The notes: generated by a model from the letters alone, not told the origin. Counted from the stretch's first letter, positions 1 through 10,879 are shown. The stretch: 62,864 nucleotides of DNA from Candidatus Hydrogenedentota bacterium (GCA_034408725.1 JAWXCN010000014.1:1-62864), one strand, 5' to 3'. A program made the numbers and translations.

Positions 1-267
1 GGCGGGAACACGGTCCACCGGCTCAAGGAAGGCATCGAACGCTTTTTGGTGACAGACATAAATGATCCGTCGCGCTCTTCGGGCGCGCAAAGCACAGTTT
101 GGACAATGACGGATCGGTTGAGCACATATATCGCGGAATTCAATCACATTCCGGGAGGAGCGAACGTGCTCTACCTTGATGGCCACGTCGAATTCGTGAA
201 ATTGTCAGACAAACCGCCGGTTACCAGCGATGTCGCGCTGGTGTTTGGCGAAATTGCGGCGCATTGA
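1..267 (+). CDS. DUF1559-family / prepilin-type protein, C-terminal part (5' truncated by window edge)
   Basis: Frame open from base 1 (GGNTVHRLKEGIERFLVTDIND...) and contains the H-X9-DG C-terminal motif FNHIPGGANVLYLDGHVEF. Confidence 0.85.
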   Translation, partial: GGNTVHRLKEGIERFLVTDINDPSRSSGAQSTVWTMTDRLSTYIAEFNHIPGGANVLYLDGHVEFVKLSDKPPVTSDVALVFGEIAAH

Positions 268-296
268 AGACTGAACGTAACAGGAGATTTGTGATC

Positions 297-1286
297 ATGA
301 ACCATGCAGGAATTACGACGGCCACGATTGTGCTGTCCATGTCGGCGTTCGCCGGATGCGCGCACAACGCCGCCACAGCAGGCATGGCAGACGTAGCTGA
401 CACCTCGAACGTGGCGCGCCCCGCGTCGTTTGAACAAGATCGCAAGGCGATACTCGCGATGGCCGGCGAATACGAAGTAACCTTCGATTTTCACGAAACC
501 TTGCGGTTTGATACGCAAGCACCGGTGAGCAAGCCAGATCAGACCCTTGCGAAAGAAACGGTTGTGCTGGTGGAAGACCACGGCGACTTCATCAGCCTCC
601 AACACCTTTTGATGTTCGGAGGCGGCCAGGTGATTAAACATTGGCGCCAGGACTGGGAATACGAGGACAACGTGATCCACGAATTCCGCGGCCATCTGAC
701 CTGGGAGCCAAGGACATTGTCCAACGATGAAGTACGCGGCGCCTGGACGCAGACGGTTTACATGGTGGATGACAGCCCTCGCTATGAGGGTTATGGGCGG
801 TGGACGCATATCGCGGACTATTCGTATTGGGATTCGAATGAAACGTGGCGTCCATTGCCGCGCCGTGAGCACACGCAACGCAGCGATTACGATGTGCTTG
901 TCGGACAGAACCGTCACAGCATCACCAAAGACGGATGGATTCATGAGCAGGACAACTACAAGCTGCGCTTGAGGGACAACGCCACGCAGGCCATCGCGCG
1001 CGAAGCCGGCATCAACACGTATGACCGCGTCACGGGCGAAGATTTCTCCGCGGCATACGACTACTGGAAGAAGACAGCGCCCTTCTGGGCAGACGTGCGA
1101 AAGGTATGGACCGCCGAATACGAGGAAAAGCAGCGTATTCACTTAATCGGAGACGATTCCAAGGACTCTCTCTGGGCAATCGTCATGGGTGAAGCGGACG
1201 AGTTTGCGAAGTCCGGAAAAATGCCCGAAGGCGGAGTGATCAAAACAATCGAAGCGCGACTGCGTGTTGGGGAACCCACCAACTAA
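297..1286 (+). CDS. DUF6607-like exported protein, possible lipoprotein
   Basis: RBS CAGGAG at 281-286; signal peptide ending AFAGC; motifs DRKAILAMAGEYEVTFDF, KHWRQDW, WRPLPRRE, GWIHEQDN recalled as DUF6607. Confidence 0.7.
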   Translation: MNHAGITTATIVLSMSAFAGCAHNAATAGMADVADTSNVARPASFEQDRKAILAMAGEYEVTFDFHETLRFDTQAPVSKPDQTLAKETVVLVEDHGDFISLQHLLMFGGGQVIKHWRQDWEYEDNVIHEFRGHLTWEPRTLSNDEVRGAWTQTVYMVDDSPRYEGYGRWTHIADYSYWDSNETWRPLPRREHTQRSDYDVLVGQNRHSITKDGWIHEQDNYKLRLRDNATQAIAREAGINTYDRVTGEDFSAAYDYWKKTAPFWADVRKVWTAEYEEKQRIHLIGDDSKDSLWAIVMGEADEFAKSGKMPEGGVIKTIEARLRVGEPTN

Positions 1287-1319
1287 CATCAGCAAGATAC
1301 AGGCTGACTTTAGACGATC

Positions 1320-1354
1320 CACATGGACTGCCCTTGCAATGGACAGTCCATGTG
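1320..1354. terminator. Hairpin between convergent genes, probable bidirectional terminator
   Basis: 11-bp perfect inverted repeat CACATGGACTG / CAGTCCATGTG between the DUF6607 and folE stops. Confidence 0.6.
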
Positions 1355-1358
1355 ATCG

Positions 1359-1940
1359 TTAAAGTCCTTGCACAAATCTTGGACTACGGTTGATGAGATG
1401 CAGAAATTCCGTGCGCGTGGCTTGTTCGCGCAGGAAGCTTCCTAGCACCGACGAAGTGGTCATGATTGAGTTTTGCTTTTCCACGCCGCGCATCATCATG
1501 CACATATGCCTGCATTCCATAACTACGCCAACTCCTTCAGCGCCGGTGACGTCGATGACTTCCTGGGCGATTTCGCGGGTCAGCCGTTCCTGAATCTGAA
1601 GCCGTCGCGCATAGTAATCCACGATCCGGGATAGCTTGCTCAAGCCAATCACTTTGTCCTGCGCGACATACCCGATATGGCACACGCCGAAAAACGGCAA
1701 TATATGGTGTTCGCAGAGGCTGTAGAGCTCGATGTCCCGCGAGATGATCATGTTGTTCGCGTGCGCCTCGAACACCGCTCCGTTCACGATATCCGCAAGG
1801 TCCGTGCGGTAGCCGGAGGTCAGGTACTCGTAGGCCAATGCCACGCGCTGCGGCGTTTTGACAAGGCCTTCGCGCGCCGGGTCCTCGCCAATTTCGACGA
1901 GGAGTTCACGCACCAATTCTTCAACTCGTTGCAGATTCAC
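1359..1940 (-). CDS. folE: GTP cyclohydrolase I
   Basis: Motifs [38 protein letters not shown]. Confidence 0.97.
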   Translation of the reverse strand: MNLQRVEELVRELLVEIGEDPAREGLVKTPQRVALAYEYLTSGYRTDLADIVNGAVFEAHANNMIISRDIELYSLCEHHILPFFGVCHIGYVAQDKVIGLSKLSRIVDYYARRLQIQERLTREIAQEVIDVTGAEGVGVVMECRHMCMMMRGVEKQNSIMTTSSVLGSFLREQATRTEFLHLINRSPRFVQGL

Positions 1941-2466
1941 CGGGAAACTCCTTTTTCAGCACTTCCGTGAGTGTAGTAACGGGCTCGAGCCCGTCTTTAC
2001 TTTGGCGCGCGGCGAGCTCCTGTAATGTAGCGCCGGCTCCGGGCACAAACCAATTCGGAGCAAGTTCCGCAAGAGGAACGGCTAGAAACGGACGATGTGG
2101 AATGTCTGGGTCAGGAATACGCAAATCCAGTTCATCCACCGTATGGTCCCCGTAAAGTGCTATGTCGAGATCGATTTCGCGCGCCGCATACTTGTCAGCA
2201 GTCCGTACCCGGCCGACCTTGCGTTCAATATCGCGTAAAATTGATTTGAGCTGTTGCGGCATCATTTTTGTCTCCACTTTGCACGCGCCGTTGATAAAAG
2301 TTGGTTGATCGGGAGCGCCAACTGCTCGTGTGTAGTAGAACGTCGAAATTGCGGAAACCGGCATGTGCGTTCGCAACAACTTTAGAGCAATCCGGATATT
2401 ATCCTCTGGATCGATGTTCGCACCAATCGCTATCAATACCGGGTTTGTCTTGAGTTCATTCGCCAT
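1921..2466 (-). CDS. folK: 2-amino-4-hydroxy-6-hydroxymethyldihydropteridine diphosphokinase
   Basis: [37 protein letters not shown]; overlaps folE. Confidence 0.93.
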   Translation of the reverse strand: MANELKTNPVLIAIGANIDPEDNIRIALKLLRTHMPVSAISTFYYTRAVGAPDQPTFINGACKVETKMMPQQLKSILRDIERKVGRVRTADKYAAREIDLDIALYGDHTVDELDLRIPDPDIPHRPFLAVPLAELAPNWFVPGAGATLQELAARQSKDGLEPVTTLTEVLKKEFPGESATS

Positions 2467-2833
2467 GTTCGCCGCGGTACCGCGTTATTGATACGGACAC
2501 ACTGCGCGCGAAACGTAGCGCGCCGGGCTTGTCCACCGACACATGGGCGATTCTTACGCGCGGATCACGAAAACAGGCTTCGGCAATGCATTGCGCAAGC
2601 CGCTCGATGAGTAGATACGAAGACTGCTCGACAAGCCGAAGCACGGATTCCTTGATGGTTTTGTAGTTTACCGTATCTTCAATGCGATCGCTGCCACAGG
2701 CCTCGCGTAAATCCGCTTCAAGCGCGATATTCAACACGACATCCTGTTTGTGCAACCGTTCATCGGGATTGATTCCGACGATGCATCGGCACATCAAATC
2801 GCTGATCTGAATCCTGTCCAACGGCCTATCCAC
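2456..2833 (-). CDS. folB: Dihydroneopterin aldolase (FolB/FolX family)
   Basis: IVGINPDER, DTVNYK, LIERLA, VDKPGALRFARSVSV; GTG start inferred at 2833. Confidence 0.88.
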   Translation of the reverse strand: MDRPLDRIQISDLMCRCIVGINPDERLHKQDVVLNIALEADLREACGSDRIEDTVNYKTIKESVLRLVEQSSYLLIERLAQCIAEACFRDPRVRIAHVSVDKPGALRFARSVSVSITRYRGEHGE

Positions 2834-3569
2834 CGTACATGCTCCCCCGAAGGTTTCTCCCGCCATCAACATAGATTACTTCACCGGCTATAAAATCGCT
2901 TTTCATCAAGAATACGACGGTGGCCGCAATATCTTCCGGGCTTCCGAAACGGTTGAGTGCATTGGTTGAAGCCAATGTCGCGAGGTAGCTCTCGTCTTTG
3001 CCCACGGGAGGCAGCACAAGGCCGGGTGCAACCCCGCTCACGCGCAAGCGCGGTGCCAATTCGACCGCCATGATGCGGGTGAGCGTGTGTAGCATGCGTT
3101 TGCTCAGGTGATAGGCGAGATGTTTCCGATCATAGTCCGCAATCATGCAATCGATCATATTGACGACGGCGCCGGTGACCCCGGTCCGATGCAGGGCGCG
3201 CGCGAGAAACGCGGGAGCGATGGCATGCAAATCAATGTTCGCATGGACTTCATCGGACCCGAACTCCGCAAATGTAGACTCGGGAAAAATAGAAGCGTTA
3301 TTCACGAGTAGTTCTATCGAACCCGCGGCTGATCGCGCTCGTTCGAACAGTTCGGGCGCTTCGGCGGGATTCGCAAGGTTGCCTTTGACGGTCCACGCCT
3401 TGACACCGGCGGACTCGATTTCGTGCGCGAGCGTTTCGGCCTCGGACTTCGACGTGGCGTAATGCACGACAATGTTTGCGCCCTCGTTTGCCAATGCAAG
3501 TGAGGTCGCGCGTCCCAGCCGTTTAGCCGCGCCGGTGACCAAGGCAGTTTTCTCTGCAAGCGTAATCAT
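2826..3569 (-). CDS. Pteridine reductase / FolM-like SDR
   Basis: TGAAKRLG, NNASIF, YHLSK catalytic motif, VDGG; heads the pterin operon. Confidence 0.85.
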   Translation of the reverse strand: MITLAEKTALVTGAAKRLGRATSLALANEGANIVVHYATSKSEAETLAHEIESAGVKAWTVKGNLANPAEAPELFERARSAAGSIELLVNNASIFPESTFAEFGSDEVHANIDLHAIAPAFLARALHRTGVTGAVVNMIDCMIADYDRKHLAYHLSKRMLHTLTRIMAVELAPRLRVSGVAPGLVLPPVGKDESYLATLASTNALNRFGSPEDIAATVVFLMKSDFIAGEVIYVDGGRNLRGSMYGG

Positions 3570-3614
3570 GGGTGCGAAGAGTATCGCATATTCAGGGGAA
3601 GCGTTGCGCGGGGA

Positions 3615-5111
3615 TCACGAACCGTTGGGCGGGACGTGCGCAGCGTTCTCGTCGATCCACACCTCTTCGGCGATCAATGTCTTTGGCGCCTCGAATTCAC
3701 CTTCCGTGAGCGCAGTCGCGCCGATGCGTTTCAATCCATTGAGCGCGGCGATCTTGTACGCTTCCGCGAGGGTCGGGTAGTTGAATACGGTGTCCACAAA
3801 ATAGCTGATGGAGCCGCTGTAAGACATGACCGCCTGGCCAATGTGCACCAGCTCGGACGCGCCGTCACCGATGATGTGAACGCCAAGAAGCCGGCCAGTC
3901 TTCTGATGAAAAACGAGCTTCAACATGCCGTGCTCGTCGCCCATGATCTTTCCCTTGGACACTTCGCGGTAGCGCGCTATTCCGATTTCGTATGGAACTT
4001 CCTCTTCCATTAGCTCGCGCTCGGTTTTTCCCACCATCGAGATTTCAGGGATGGTGTAAATGCCATAGGGGAGCAACTGCCTCTCAACCTTGAACGGCAC
4101 GCCAAAGGCGCGGCACGCTGCTTGCCTTCCCTGCTCCATCGAGGTGGACGCCAGTGCCGGAAAACCGATGATATCGCCCGCCGCGTAGATGTGATCGATG
4201 TTTGTTTGGAGATTCTCGTTTACCTCGATAAGGCCGCGCGACGTAGTGGTCACGCCTGCCGCCGCGAGGTTCAAATCGTTGATCGCGCCAGCCCGTCCCG
4301 ATGCGAACAACATCATGTCGGTCTTGATTTCCCGGCCATTGCTGAGCGTAGTAATGACCTTGCCCTGCGCATCCTCCCGCATCTCTTTGAAGTCCTTTCC
4401 GAGATAAAGGGTAACGCGCTCGCTACGCATGTGGTACGTGAGCGCTTCGCAGATTTCGGGATCGACGAAACGGAAAAGTTCGGTGCGCCGATCCAGCAGC
4501 CGCGTATCGACTCCGATGGTGGCAAACATGCAGGCGTATTCCGTACCGATTACCCCGGCGCCAACAACGAGCATGCTTTTGGGAAGGGCATCCATCTCGA
4601 AGTCGTCTTCGAACAAGCGATCTGTATCGATGATATTCCGGCCATTGAACGGCACACGGTCTGCCCGGTACGGAACTGTTCCGGCGGCGATGATAATTTT
4701 GGCGGCTTCGATCGACATGGTCGTGCTGTCTGAATTGATCTGCACGATATGAGGGGCTTCAAACCGGGCCGTGCCCGCGATAATCTCGACGCCCGTGCGC
4801 ATCATGCGGTCGCGCGCGACCTCGACTTCGTGTTGAATCACATTGTTAATACGGGTGCGGAGTTCGCCAAATGTCACGCGGCGTTTCACGGCATAGCTTC
4901 GTCCGTAGACGTTGCGATGGCGGTAGCCGGACAGATGAAGGATCGCTTCCCGCAAGGTCTTGCTAGGGATGGTCCCGAAGTTGGTACACACGCCACCGAC
5001 GATACTGCGTTTTTCAGCGACGACGACGCGCTTACCCAGTTTAACAGCCTGGATCGCGGCGCGCTGGCCGGCTGGTCCTGAACCGATCACGAGCAAGTCC
5101 ACTTTTTGCAT
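3615..5111 (-). CDS. sthA: Soluble Si-specific NAD(P)+ transhydrogenase
   Basis: GSGPAGQRAA, GGVCTNFGTIPSKTLREA, STSMEQGR, FNYPTLAEAYKIAALNG. Confidence 0.93.
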   Translation of the reverse strand: MQKVDLLVIGSGPAGQRAAIQAVKLGKRVVVAEKRSIVGGVCTNFGTIPSKTLREAILHLSGYRHRNVYGRSYAVKRRVTFGELRTRINNVIQHEVEVARDRMMRTGVEIIAGTARFEAPHIVQINSDSTTMSIEAAKIIIAAGTVPYRADRVPFNGRNIIDTDRLFEDDFEMDALPKSMLVVGAGVIGTEYACMFATIGVDTRLLDRRTELFRFVDPEICEALTYHMRSERVTLYLGKDFKEMREDAQGKVITTLSNGREIKTDMMLFASGRAGAINDLNLAAAGVTTTSRGLIEVNENLQTNIDHIYAAGDIIGFPALASTSMEQGRQAACRAFGVPFKVERQLLPYGIYTIPEISMVGKTERELMEEEVPYEIGIARYREVSKGKIMGDEHGMLKLVFHQKTGRLLGVHIIGDGASELVHIGQAVMSYSGSISYFVDTVFNYPTLAEAYKIAALNGLKRIGATALTEGEFEAPKTLIAEEVWIDENAAHVPPNGS

Positions 5112-5126
5112 TTCGTTTTTCCTCTG

Positions 5127-6341
5127 TCAAGATTGTGCGTGGACGGGAGAAGATACGTGGCATGCGCGTATGCTCCCGATCAAGTAATCGACCGCATCGT
5201 TAGTGAGGCGCGGGTGTACTGGTAACGTCACCTGTTGCGTGAAAATCGATTCCGCGTTGGGGAACTGGCCCCGCTGATACCTGCGCCGTTGAAACGCCGT
5301 ACTCCAATGAAGCGGAATATAGTGTGTTCCGATTTTGATGCCGTAGTCTCCGGCCATCGTCGCGATAAAGTTGTCTTTATCCATTCCGAAAGCGTCCGCA
5401 TCGATGCGCAATGGGAAAAGATGATAGACGTGGGTGAAATCGACGGCATGCTCGGTTAGGGAAAGTCCTGGTACGTCACGAAGCCCGTTTGTGATTCGCG
5501 CGGCAATCGCAATGCGGCGCCGGTTCATTTCATCCAGTTTGCGCAATTGGATGCGGCCAACCGCTGCCTGCACATCGGTCATCCGGAAGTTGTATCCGCA
5601 ATCATCGAATTCCTGCCACCACGGACGGTTACCGACTGGAATAATCGCGGGGTCGAGCGAGCAGTATTTCGTGCTCGCTCCATGCACCCGTGTGCAATGT
5701 GAGCGGTACAGCGACATTCGCTCGAACACGCCGGGATCGTTGGTCACGACCATGCCGCCTTCGCCGAGCGTGGACATGTTTTTCTGCTCGTGAAAACTGA
5801 AGCAGCCCGTCGTGCCCATCGATCCGGCCTTGCGCCCCTTGTATTCGCCGCCGGGGGCGTGGGCAGCGTCTTCGATAACCGCAAGTCCGTGCGCGCGCGC
5901 AGTATCGAGTATCGCGTCCATGTCGCAACATTGGCCGTAGAGATGTACCGGCATGATAGCCTTGGTCCTTGGCGTAATTGCGTTTTCGATTTGACGGGGA
6001 TCGATGTTGCAGGTCAGGGGATCGATATCGACAAAATCAACTTCCGCGCCGAGCGTTATTGCGGCGGCAGCGGTCGCTATCCAGGTCATCGGTGTCGTGA
6101 TAACGCGATCACCAGGCTTGATGCCCGCGCCAATTAGCGAGAGAAAGAGCGCGGCGGTCCCGTTCGAGCAGGTCCGGGCATGTTCAACGCCGCAGTACCG
6201 CGCGAACTCTCGCTCGAATTCCTGGCATTCCGTTCCGCTGGTTGGGGCGTACTTGCGAACGACGTCGATTATCGCGCGCTCTTCTTCGTCGCCGTAGATG
6301 GAGCCAAACTTGCTCTCGAGTTCAAAGCGAACCGGCGCCAT
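5127..6341 (-). CDS. DegT/DnrJ/EryC1/StrS PLP aminotransferase
   Basis: CSNGTAAL, VIEDAAHA, FSFHEQKNMSTLGEGG, GYNFRM. Confidence 0.92.
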   Translation of the reverse strand: MAPVRFELESKFGSIYGDEEERAIIDVVRKYAPTSGTECQEFEREFARYCGVEHARTCSNGTAALFLSLIGAGIKPGDRVITTPMTWIATAAAAITLGAEVDFVDIDPLTCNIDPRQIENAITPRTKAIMPVHLYGQCCDMDAILDTARAHGLAVIEDAAHAPGGEYKGRKAGSMGTTGCFSFHEQKNMSTLGEGGMVVTNDPGVFERMSLYRSHCTRVHGASTKYCSLDPAIIPVGNRPWWQEFDDCGYNFRMTDVQAAVGRIQLRKLDEMNRRRIAIAARITNGLRDVPGLSLTEHAVDFTHVYHLFPLRIDADAFGMDKDNFIATMAGDYGIKIGTHYIPLHWSTAFQRRRYQRGQFPNAESIFTQQVTLPVHPRLTNDAVDYLIGSIRACHVSSPVHAQS

Positions 6342-7244
6342 TCAGGCGTCTGCTTTCGCGGCAGCAAGAACCAAATCAAGACCGCCGTCCAGGCCGATCA
6401 TAGGCGTTTTCAGTGTGGCAGCGGCCTTCTGATTGTTCAACGAAACGTCGCGCGGCCGGGGTGCCCGGCCTGGGATACCAGAGGGGTCGTGCGAGACAAC
6501 ATTTTCCGCCGGTAGACCGAGTCGAGTTGCGATTCGCCGCATCATATCGAGCCGGTTGAGCCGATCGTTGCCACTTAGATGAAGGACGCCGCGGTAGGTA
6601 TTTCCCGCAAGTTCGGCCAAAGCGCGTCCCAGTGTCACCACGTCTATCGGCGAGCGAACTTCTGCTCCTGGCGTAGTGACCTGTTTACCTTCACGCAGGG
6701 CCGAGGCCATGCGCGACACGAACGAATTGCCCTCGCCCCACATCGGCAATCCCATCACCAGCGCGACGCGCGCGATTACAAAATTGCCGCCAAAATCCTT
6801 GATCGCGCGTTCGGCCCGCAGTTTTGTGTCCGCGTAGAAATTGATCGGACGCGGAATGTCGTCTTCGACATACATTCCGCGTTCGCCATCGAACACGGTA
6901 TCGGTCGACAAAAAAATGAAGCGGGTATCGTGGTCCCAACAGAGTTCCGCGAGATCATGCGCATACGTGAAGTTGACGCGGGTTGCGATTTCGCGGTTGG
7001 CTTCACAAAAATCGATGTCGGCAATGGCGGCAGTGTGAATGACCGCGGCGGGGTCAATGTCGTGAACGACATCGTGGAACGCGTCCATGTCGAATGGATC
7101 GAACGAATGCCAGACTAGGCCATCGCGATCGAATGGCGCGGGACCGCGCGACGCTGCATGGACTTCCCAATTGCCAAGCGCCGCCTCGATTGTACTGCCC
7201 GCGACAAAGCCGTTTGCGCCGGTAAGTAGTAATCGTTTGGCCAT
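6342..7244 (-). CDS. RmlD-like (dTDP-4-dehydrorhamnose reductase family) extended SDR
   Basis: TGANGFVA, LSTDTVFDG, YADTK, RAPRPRDVSL. Confidence 0.85.
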   Translation of the reverse strand: MAKRLLLTGANGFVAGSTIEAALGNWEVHAASRGPAPFDRDGLVWHSFDPFDMDAFHDVVHDIDPAAVIHTAAIADIDFCEANREIATRVNFTYAHDLAELCWDHDTRFIFLSTDTVFDGERGMYVEDDIPRPINFYADTKLRAERAIKDFGGNFVIARVALVMGLPMWGEGNSFVSRMASALREGKQVTTPGAEVRSPIDVVTLGRALAELAGNTYRGVLHLSGNDRLNRLDMMRRIATRLGLPAENVVSHDPSGIPGRAPRPRDVSLNNQKAAATLKTPMIGLDGGLDLVLAAAKADA

Positions 7245-7346
7245 GTCCCCCTCCCCACGTCACGAAAGAGGGGAGTATACGTATAGGGCGTCTGAAAATG
7301 CGATCCGGAAGCCGACGCTATAGTCTTTGTCGAGTGTGGCGGACAC

Positions 7347-7916
7347 TCAGTATTGTTTTTTTACCGGCACAGCCGCTTCGGCGGGTGGGGTTTCGGGGAG
7401 CTCGTCTGCAATGCGGGACGATGACGACTTTGTCTCCGGGCGCCATTCCTGCAAATGGAGGCCCACTACCTTTAGTCCCTCGACCTCCCCAGTGGCTATC
7501 CGCCGGTCGATCTCCTCAAACGGTACCGGTTGGTCGTCTTCGGTATAGAAATACGCTCCGCCCTGGTTTCGCATCTGGCGCAACTGCTCGACGTCCGCTG
7601 CGCGGATGGCCTTGCTTTCGGGTGATTCCTCAACGACCACCGGCGCTTTTACGACTAGGGGCTTTAAGGGTGGTTTTTTTGCTTGCGATTCGATTCCACC
7701 CGTAGATTCACCCGGTTTCGTCCGGGGCGCGGACGGCATGAGCTCTTTCGCGAGAGGCAAATCGTTTGACGTCAACGTTTCGACTTTTCCGCCTTTGCTC
7801 TTGACGGTGAATTCGCCTTTCCGCCCCACCAAATCCACCGTTGACGCCGTGTTATTGTCCGCGAAGGCAAAAGTCCCCACAACTACCGTTACAACCGCGA
7901 CTATTCGGGTGCGCAT
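7347..7916 (-). CDS. Hypothetical exported protein
   Basis: Signal peptide ending AFA; 189-aa ORF filling the gap between divergent genes. Confidence 0.65.
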   Translation of the reverse strand: MRTRIVAVVTVVVGTFAFADNNTASTVDLVGRKGEFTVKSKGGKVETLTSNDLPLAKELMPSAPRTKPGESTGGIESQAKKPPLKPLVVKAPVVVEESPESKAIRAADVEQLRQMRNQGGAYFYTEDDQPVPFEEIDRRIATGEVEGLKVVGLHLQEWRPETKSSSSRIADELPETPPAEAAVPVKKQY

Positions 7917-7988
7917 TTATTGGCTACCTCTTTTGGCCACATTGAATGATAGTATACCACGGGCTTGGGCAGGAAAGAGGGGTGCGCG

Positions 7989-9476
7989 ATGGACCACGTA
8001 ACGCAGCAAATCTCGCCGCCGCGTTACGAGACCCTGTTCAGCGATTCGTATTTAAGGTTTGTCTCGGTGGCGCGCGAGGGAACGCGGCCGGTTTCCGAAA
8101 TGGTCATCCAGGCGATCTGGTACGACCAATTGTTTCCGGGTGATGCCTTGGTGACGACCGCGGGCCAGGCCATTCATATCCACTCGCCAGGATGGTGGAA
8201 CCGGTCGGAAGGCCCCGACTTTCGCGGCGCGCAGATTCAGTTCGGCGATACGATTCGTTCTGGCGATATCGAAATTCATCTCGACCACGCGGCATGGAAG
8301 CAACACGGCCACCATCGCGATCCACGATACGATCAGGTGCTGCTTGTGGTCGTCCTCGAAACTCTTCCTCCTTCATCTCAACCAGTAACTTCGTCGGGCC
8401 GCGCTATCCCCTGTCTGCTGCTGGGCAACTACGTTGACACTGCCCTACTTAATTTGCCGGAGCTGGGTGAACCGGATGAAGACCGGATCGGCACGCCATT
8501 GGGCCGCGGGTACTGCGCTGCGATAGCGGAAGCACACGGAGTTGATCGCGTGCGCGACTTTGTGACACACGCCGCGGAATCGCGCATGCTGGCGAAAGCG
8601 CGGGCCATACGCGAACGCGCGGAACGCGCAGGTTTTGACCAGGCCGTCTATGAATCGTTCATGACCGCCTGCGGGTATGCCCGCTACAAACAGCATTTTC
8701 AGTTGATGGCCCGCCAGTTGCCTTATGAGCGGGTAGTGCAGCTTGCGCGCAATGATGCGTTTCTACTGGAAGCGGCCTTCCTTCAACTCGCCGGTTTGTT
8801 GCCCGAAACATTGCCCGAGGCCACAGACGGCGTGCCGCACCACACGCGCTTGCGCGGCCTGTATCGTGAACACCTCTCCGGCATGCGCTCGCTGCCACTG
8901 GCCTGGAAACGCGTTGGGGTGCGGCCGAACAACTATCCCGAACGGCGCCTGAGCGGCGCCGCGCGCTTTCTCGCACGTACCGCGCGAACCGGTTTATGGG
9001 AAACTATCGAAGCTGTTTGGCGTCTTAATGCGGATACGCTAAAACAACGGCGTGCTTTCGAGGACCTTTTTCCGGTTGGAATTGGGTTCTGGGCGGAGCA
9101 TTGTACGTGGACGGGCCAAAGGTTGAAAAAGCCTGTGGCAACGCTCGGCCAGAGCCGGATTCGTGCAATCGTTGGGAACGTCTTTCTTCCCGCGACGTTG
9201 GCATACGCGCGTCAACAGTGCGACCGGAAACTTGAGGAACAAGTATTTGCATTGTTCCGTTCGTTGCCGAAAGAACCCGGAAACCGTATCGTACACGTTA
9301 TGTTGCCGCGCGTATTCGGGCCCGTGCTGCCAAAACGCATCGATTTCCGGCTGCAACAAGGGTTGCTTCAGATTTATCAGGACTGGTGCGAGTCCAATCC
9401 TTCCTGCCGGAATTGTCCGGTGATTGGGCATCTCGACAGGGAGGGAAAGGCGGCAATTGGCGCCGCCGGTCCCTGA
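7989..9476 (+). CDS. DUF2851 family protein
   Basis: PGWWNRSEGPDFRGA, GDIEIH, WKQHGHHRDPRYDQV, RPNNYPERRL, C-terminal C-x5-CxxCP. Confidence 0.85.
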   Translation: MDHVTQQISPPRYETLFSDSYLRFVSVAREGTRPVSEMVIQAIWYDQLFPGDALVTTAGQAIHIHSPGWWNRSEGPDFRGAQIQFGDTIRSGDIEIHLDHAAWKQHGHHRDPRYDQVLLVVVLETLPPSSQPVTSSGRAIPCLLLGNYVDTALLNLPELGEPDEDRIGTPLGRGYCAAIAEAHGVDRVRDFVTHAAESRMLAKARAIRERAERAGFDQAVYESFMTACGYARYKQHFQLMARQLPYERVVQLARNDAFLLEAAFLQLAGLLPETLPEATDGVPHHTRLRGLYREHLSGMRSLPLAWKRVGVRPNNYPERRLSGAARFLARTARTGLWETIEAVWRLNADTLKQRRAFEDLFPVGIGFWAEHCTWTGQRLKKPVATLGQSRIRAIVGNVFLPATLAYARQQCDRKLEEQVFALFRSLPKEPGNRIVHVMLPRVFGPVLPKRIDFRLQQGLLQIYQDWCESNPSCRNCPVIGHLDREGKAAIGAAGP

Positions 9477-9525
9477 GCACGCAGGGTAATCTAAATTCAC
9501 AACACGAATACGAGGGAGACCCAAC

Positions 9526-10407
9526 ATGGAGTCGTTCGAGGGCAAAGTGGCAGTTGTTACCGGAGCGGCAAGCGGCATAGGCCTTGCCCTTGCCGATCAA
9601 TTCGCTACGCTAGGGATGAAGCTTGTGCTGAGCGATATTGATAAATCAGAACTGGATGCCGTGGCGGCACGATTGCGCGAAGCCGGCGCGGATGTATTGG
9701 CGGTGCGCACGGACGTCACGAAGCTGGACGACGTAAAGGCGCTGGCCGAAGCGGCGATCAAGCAGTATGGCAAGGTGCATATCTTGTGCAATAACGCAGG
9801 CGTGGCACAGATGGGCCTGTTGCACGAATCCACCATCCGCGACTGGGAATGGGTCATTGGCGTGAATCTGTGGGGCGTTATCTATGGTATCCAGACGTTT
9901 TTTCCGCTGATGGTTGAACATGGGGAGGAGGCCCATATTGTAAATACAGCGTCGATCGCGGGACTGATCTCCGGGCCCGGCCTCGGCATCTACGGCGTCA
10001 CGAAACACGCCGTCGTGGTGCTCTCCGAGACGCTGTATCATGAAACAAAGCTTTTGAAAACGAAAGTTGGCGTGTCGGTGTTGTGTCCGGGCTGGGTCAA
10101 CACGCGCATCTGCGATTCAGACCGCAATCGTCCCGACTGCCTCGTCAATGATAACGCGGAGTTATCCCCGATTGCGCAACTGATCAATCAGCAAACCCGG
10201 CAAGTGGTGTCCACAGGTCTCACGGCGGACAGCGTGGCCAGTCGCGTGATTGATGCGATTCGCGTGCGCGACTTTTATATTCTCACCCACGATGAAATGA
10301 CCCCGGCAATCGCGCAGCGCATGAACGCCATATTGAATGGGAGCGCGCCAACGTTTACGCCGCCACCGGGTTTTGGCGAAATGGCGAAAAGTTCCGCCGG
10401 AAATTAG
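9526..10407 (+). CDS. Short-chain dehydrogenase/reductase
   Basis: TGAASGIG, NNAGV, YGVTK; RBS GGGAG. Confidence 0.92.
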   Translation: MESFEGKVAVVTGAASGIGLALADQFATLGMKLVLSDIDKSELDAVAARLREAGADVLAVRTDVTKLDDVKALAEAAIKQYGKVHILCNNAGVAQMGLLHESTIRDWEWVIGVNLWGVIYGIQTFFPLMVEHGEEAHIVNTASIAGLISGPGLGIYGVTKHAVVVLSETLYHETKLLKTKVGVSVLCPGWVNTRICDSDRNRPDCLVNDNAELSPIAQLINQQTRQVVSTGLTADSVASRVIDAIRVRDFYILTHDEMTPAIAQRMNAILNGSAPTFTPPPGFGEMAKSSAGN

Positions 10408-10426
10408 TTGGGCTTCTGTATGCCGA

Positions 10427-10879
10427 CTACAGCTCACCCTGTAAATCGAGGTAGTGCATCCAGGCATAGCGCCAGAGCGCGGTTCGAAAGAGCTTGACCT
10501 CTTCGGGCTTGAGCGTTTTGTCTAACGTTGCGTACAGTTGTGACCAGGAGAACCGTAGCGCCTCGAGTTCGGTCTCTGCGCGCACATTCGCCATGCGATG
10601 GTGTTTCCCATCGAAATCGAATTGCTTCATCTCGCCCAGAAGGCAGGTAGGCAATACAGTTCTTGTAGTGCCATCTTCTGATTCGATAACAACGACACCG
10701 TCAAAAACAATGTAGCCATCGTCCGTTTTCGTGTCAGCCGTCGAGAACAGCGCCGTTCCGAGGGCTACGTGTTGTCGAACGGAAACTTCTCGAAACACCG
10801 CGACGATGCGCGCCCTGTCGTAATCATCGAGCTCGAGCAAAAAAGGTAGCCCGCCGATTTCATTGTCCAGATCGTACAT
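10427..10879 (-). CDS. Cyclic-nucleotide-binding (Crp N-terminal-like) domain protein
   Basis: GYIVFDGVV, LLGEM, RMANVRAETELEAL resemble the cNMP-binding barrel. Confidence 0.65.
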   Translation of the reverse strand: MYDLDNEIGGLPFLLELDDYDRARIVAVFREVSVRQHVALGTALFSTADTKTDDGYIVFDGVVVIESEDGTTRTVLPTCLLGEMKQFDFDGKHHRMANVRAETELEALRFSWSQLYATLDKTLKPEEVKLFRTALWRYAWMHYLDLQGEL

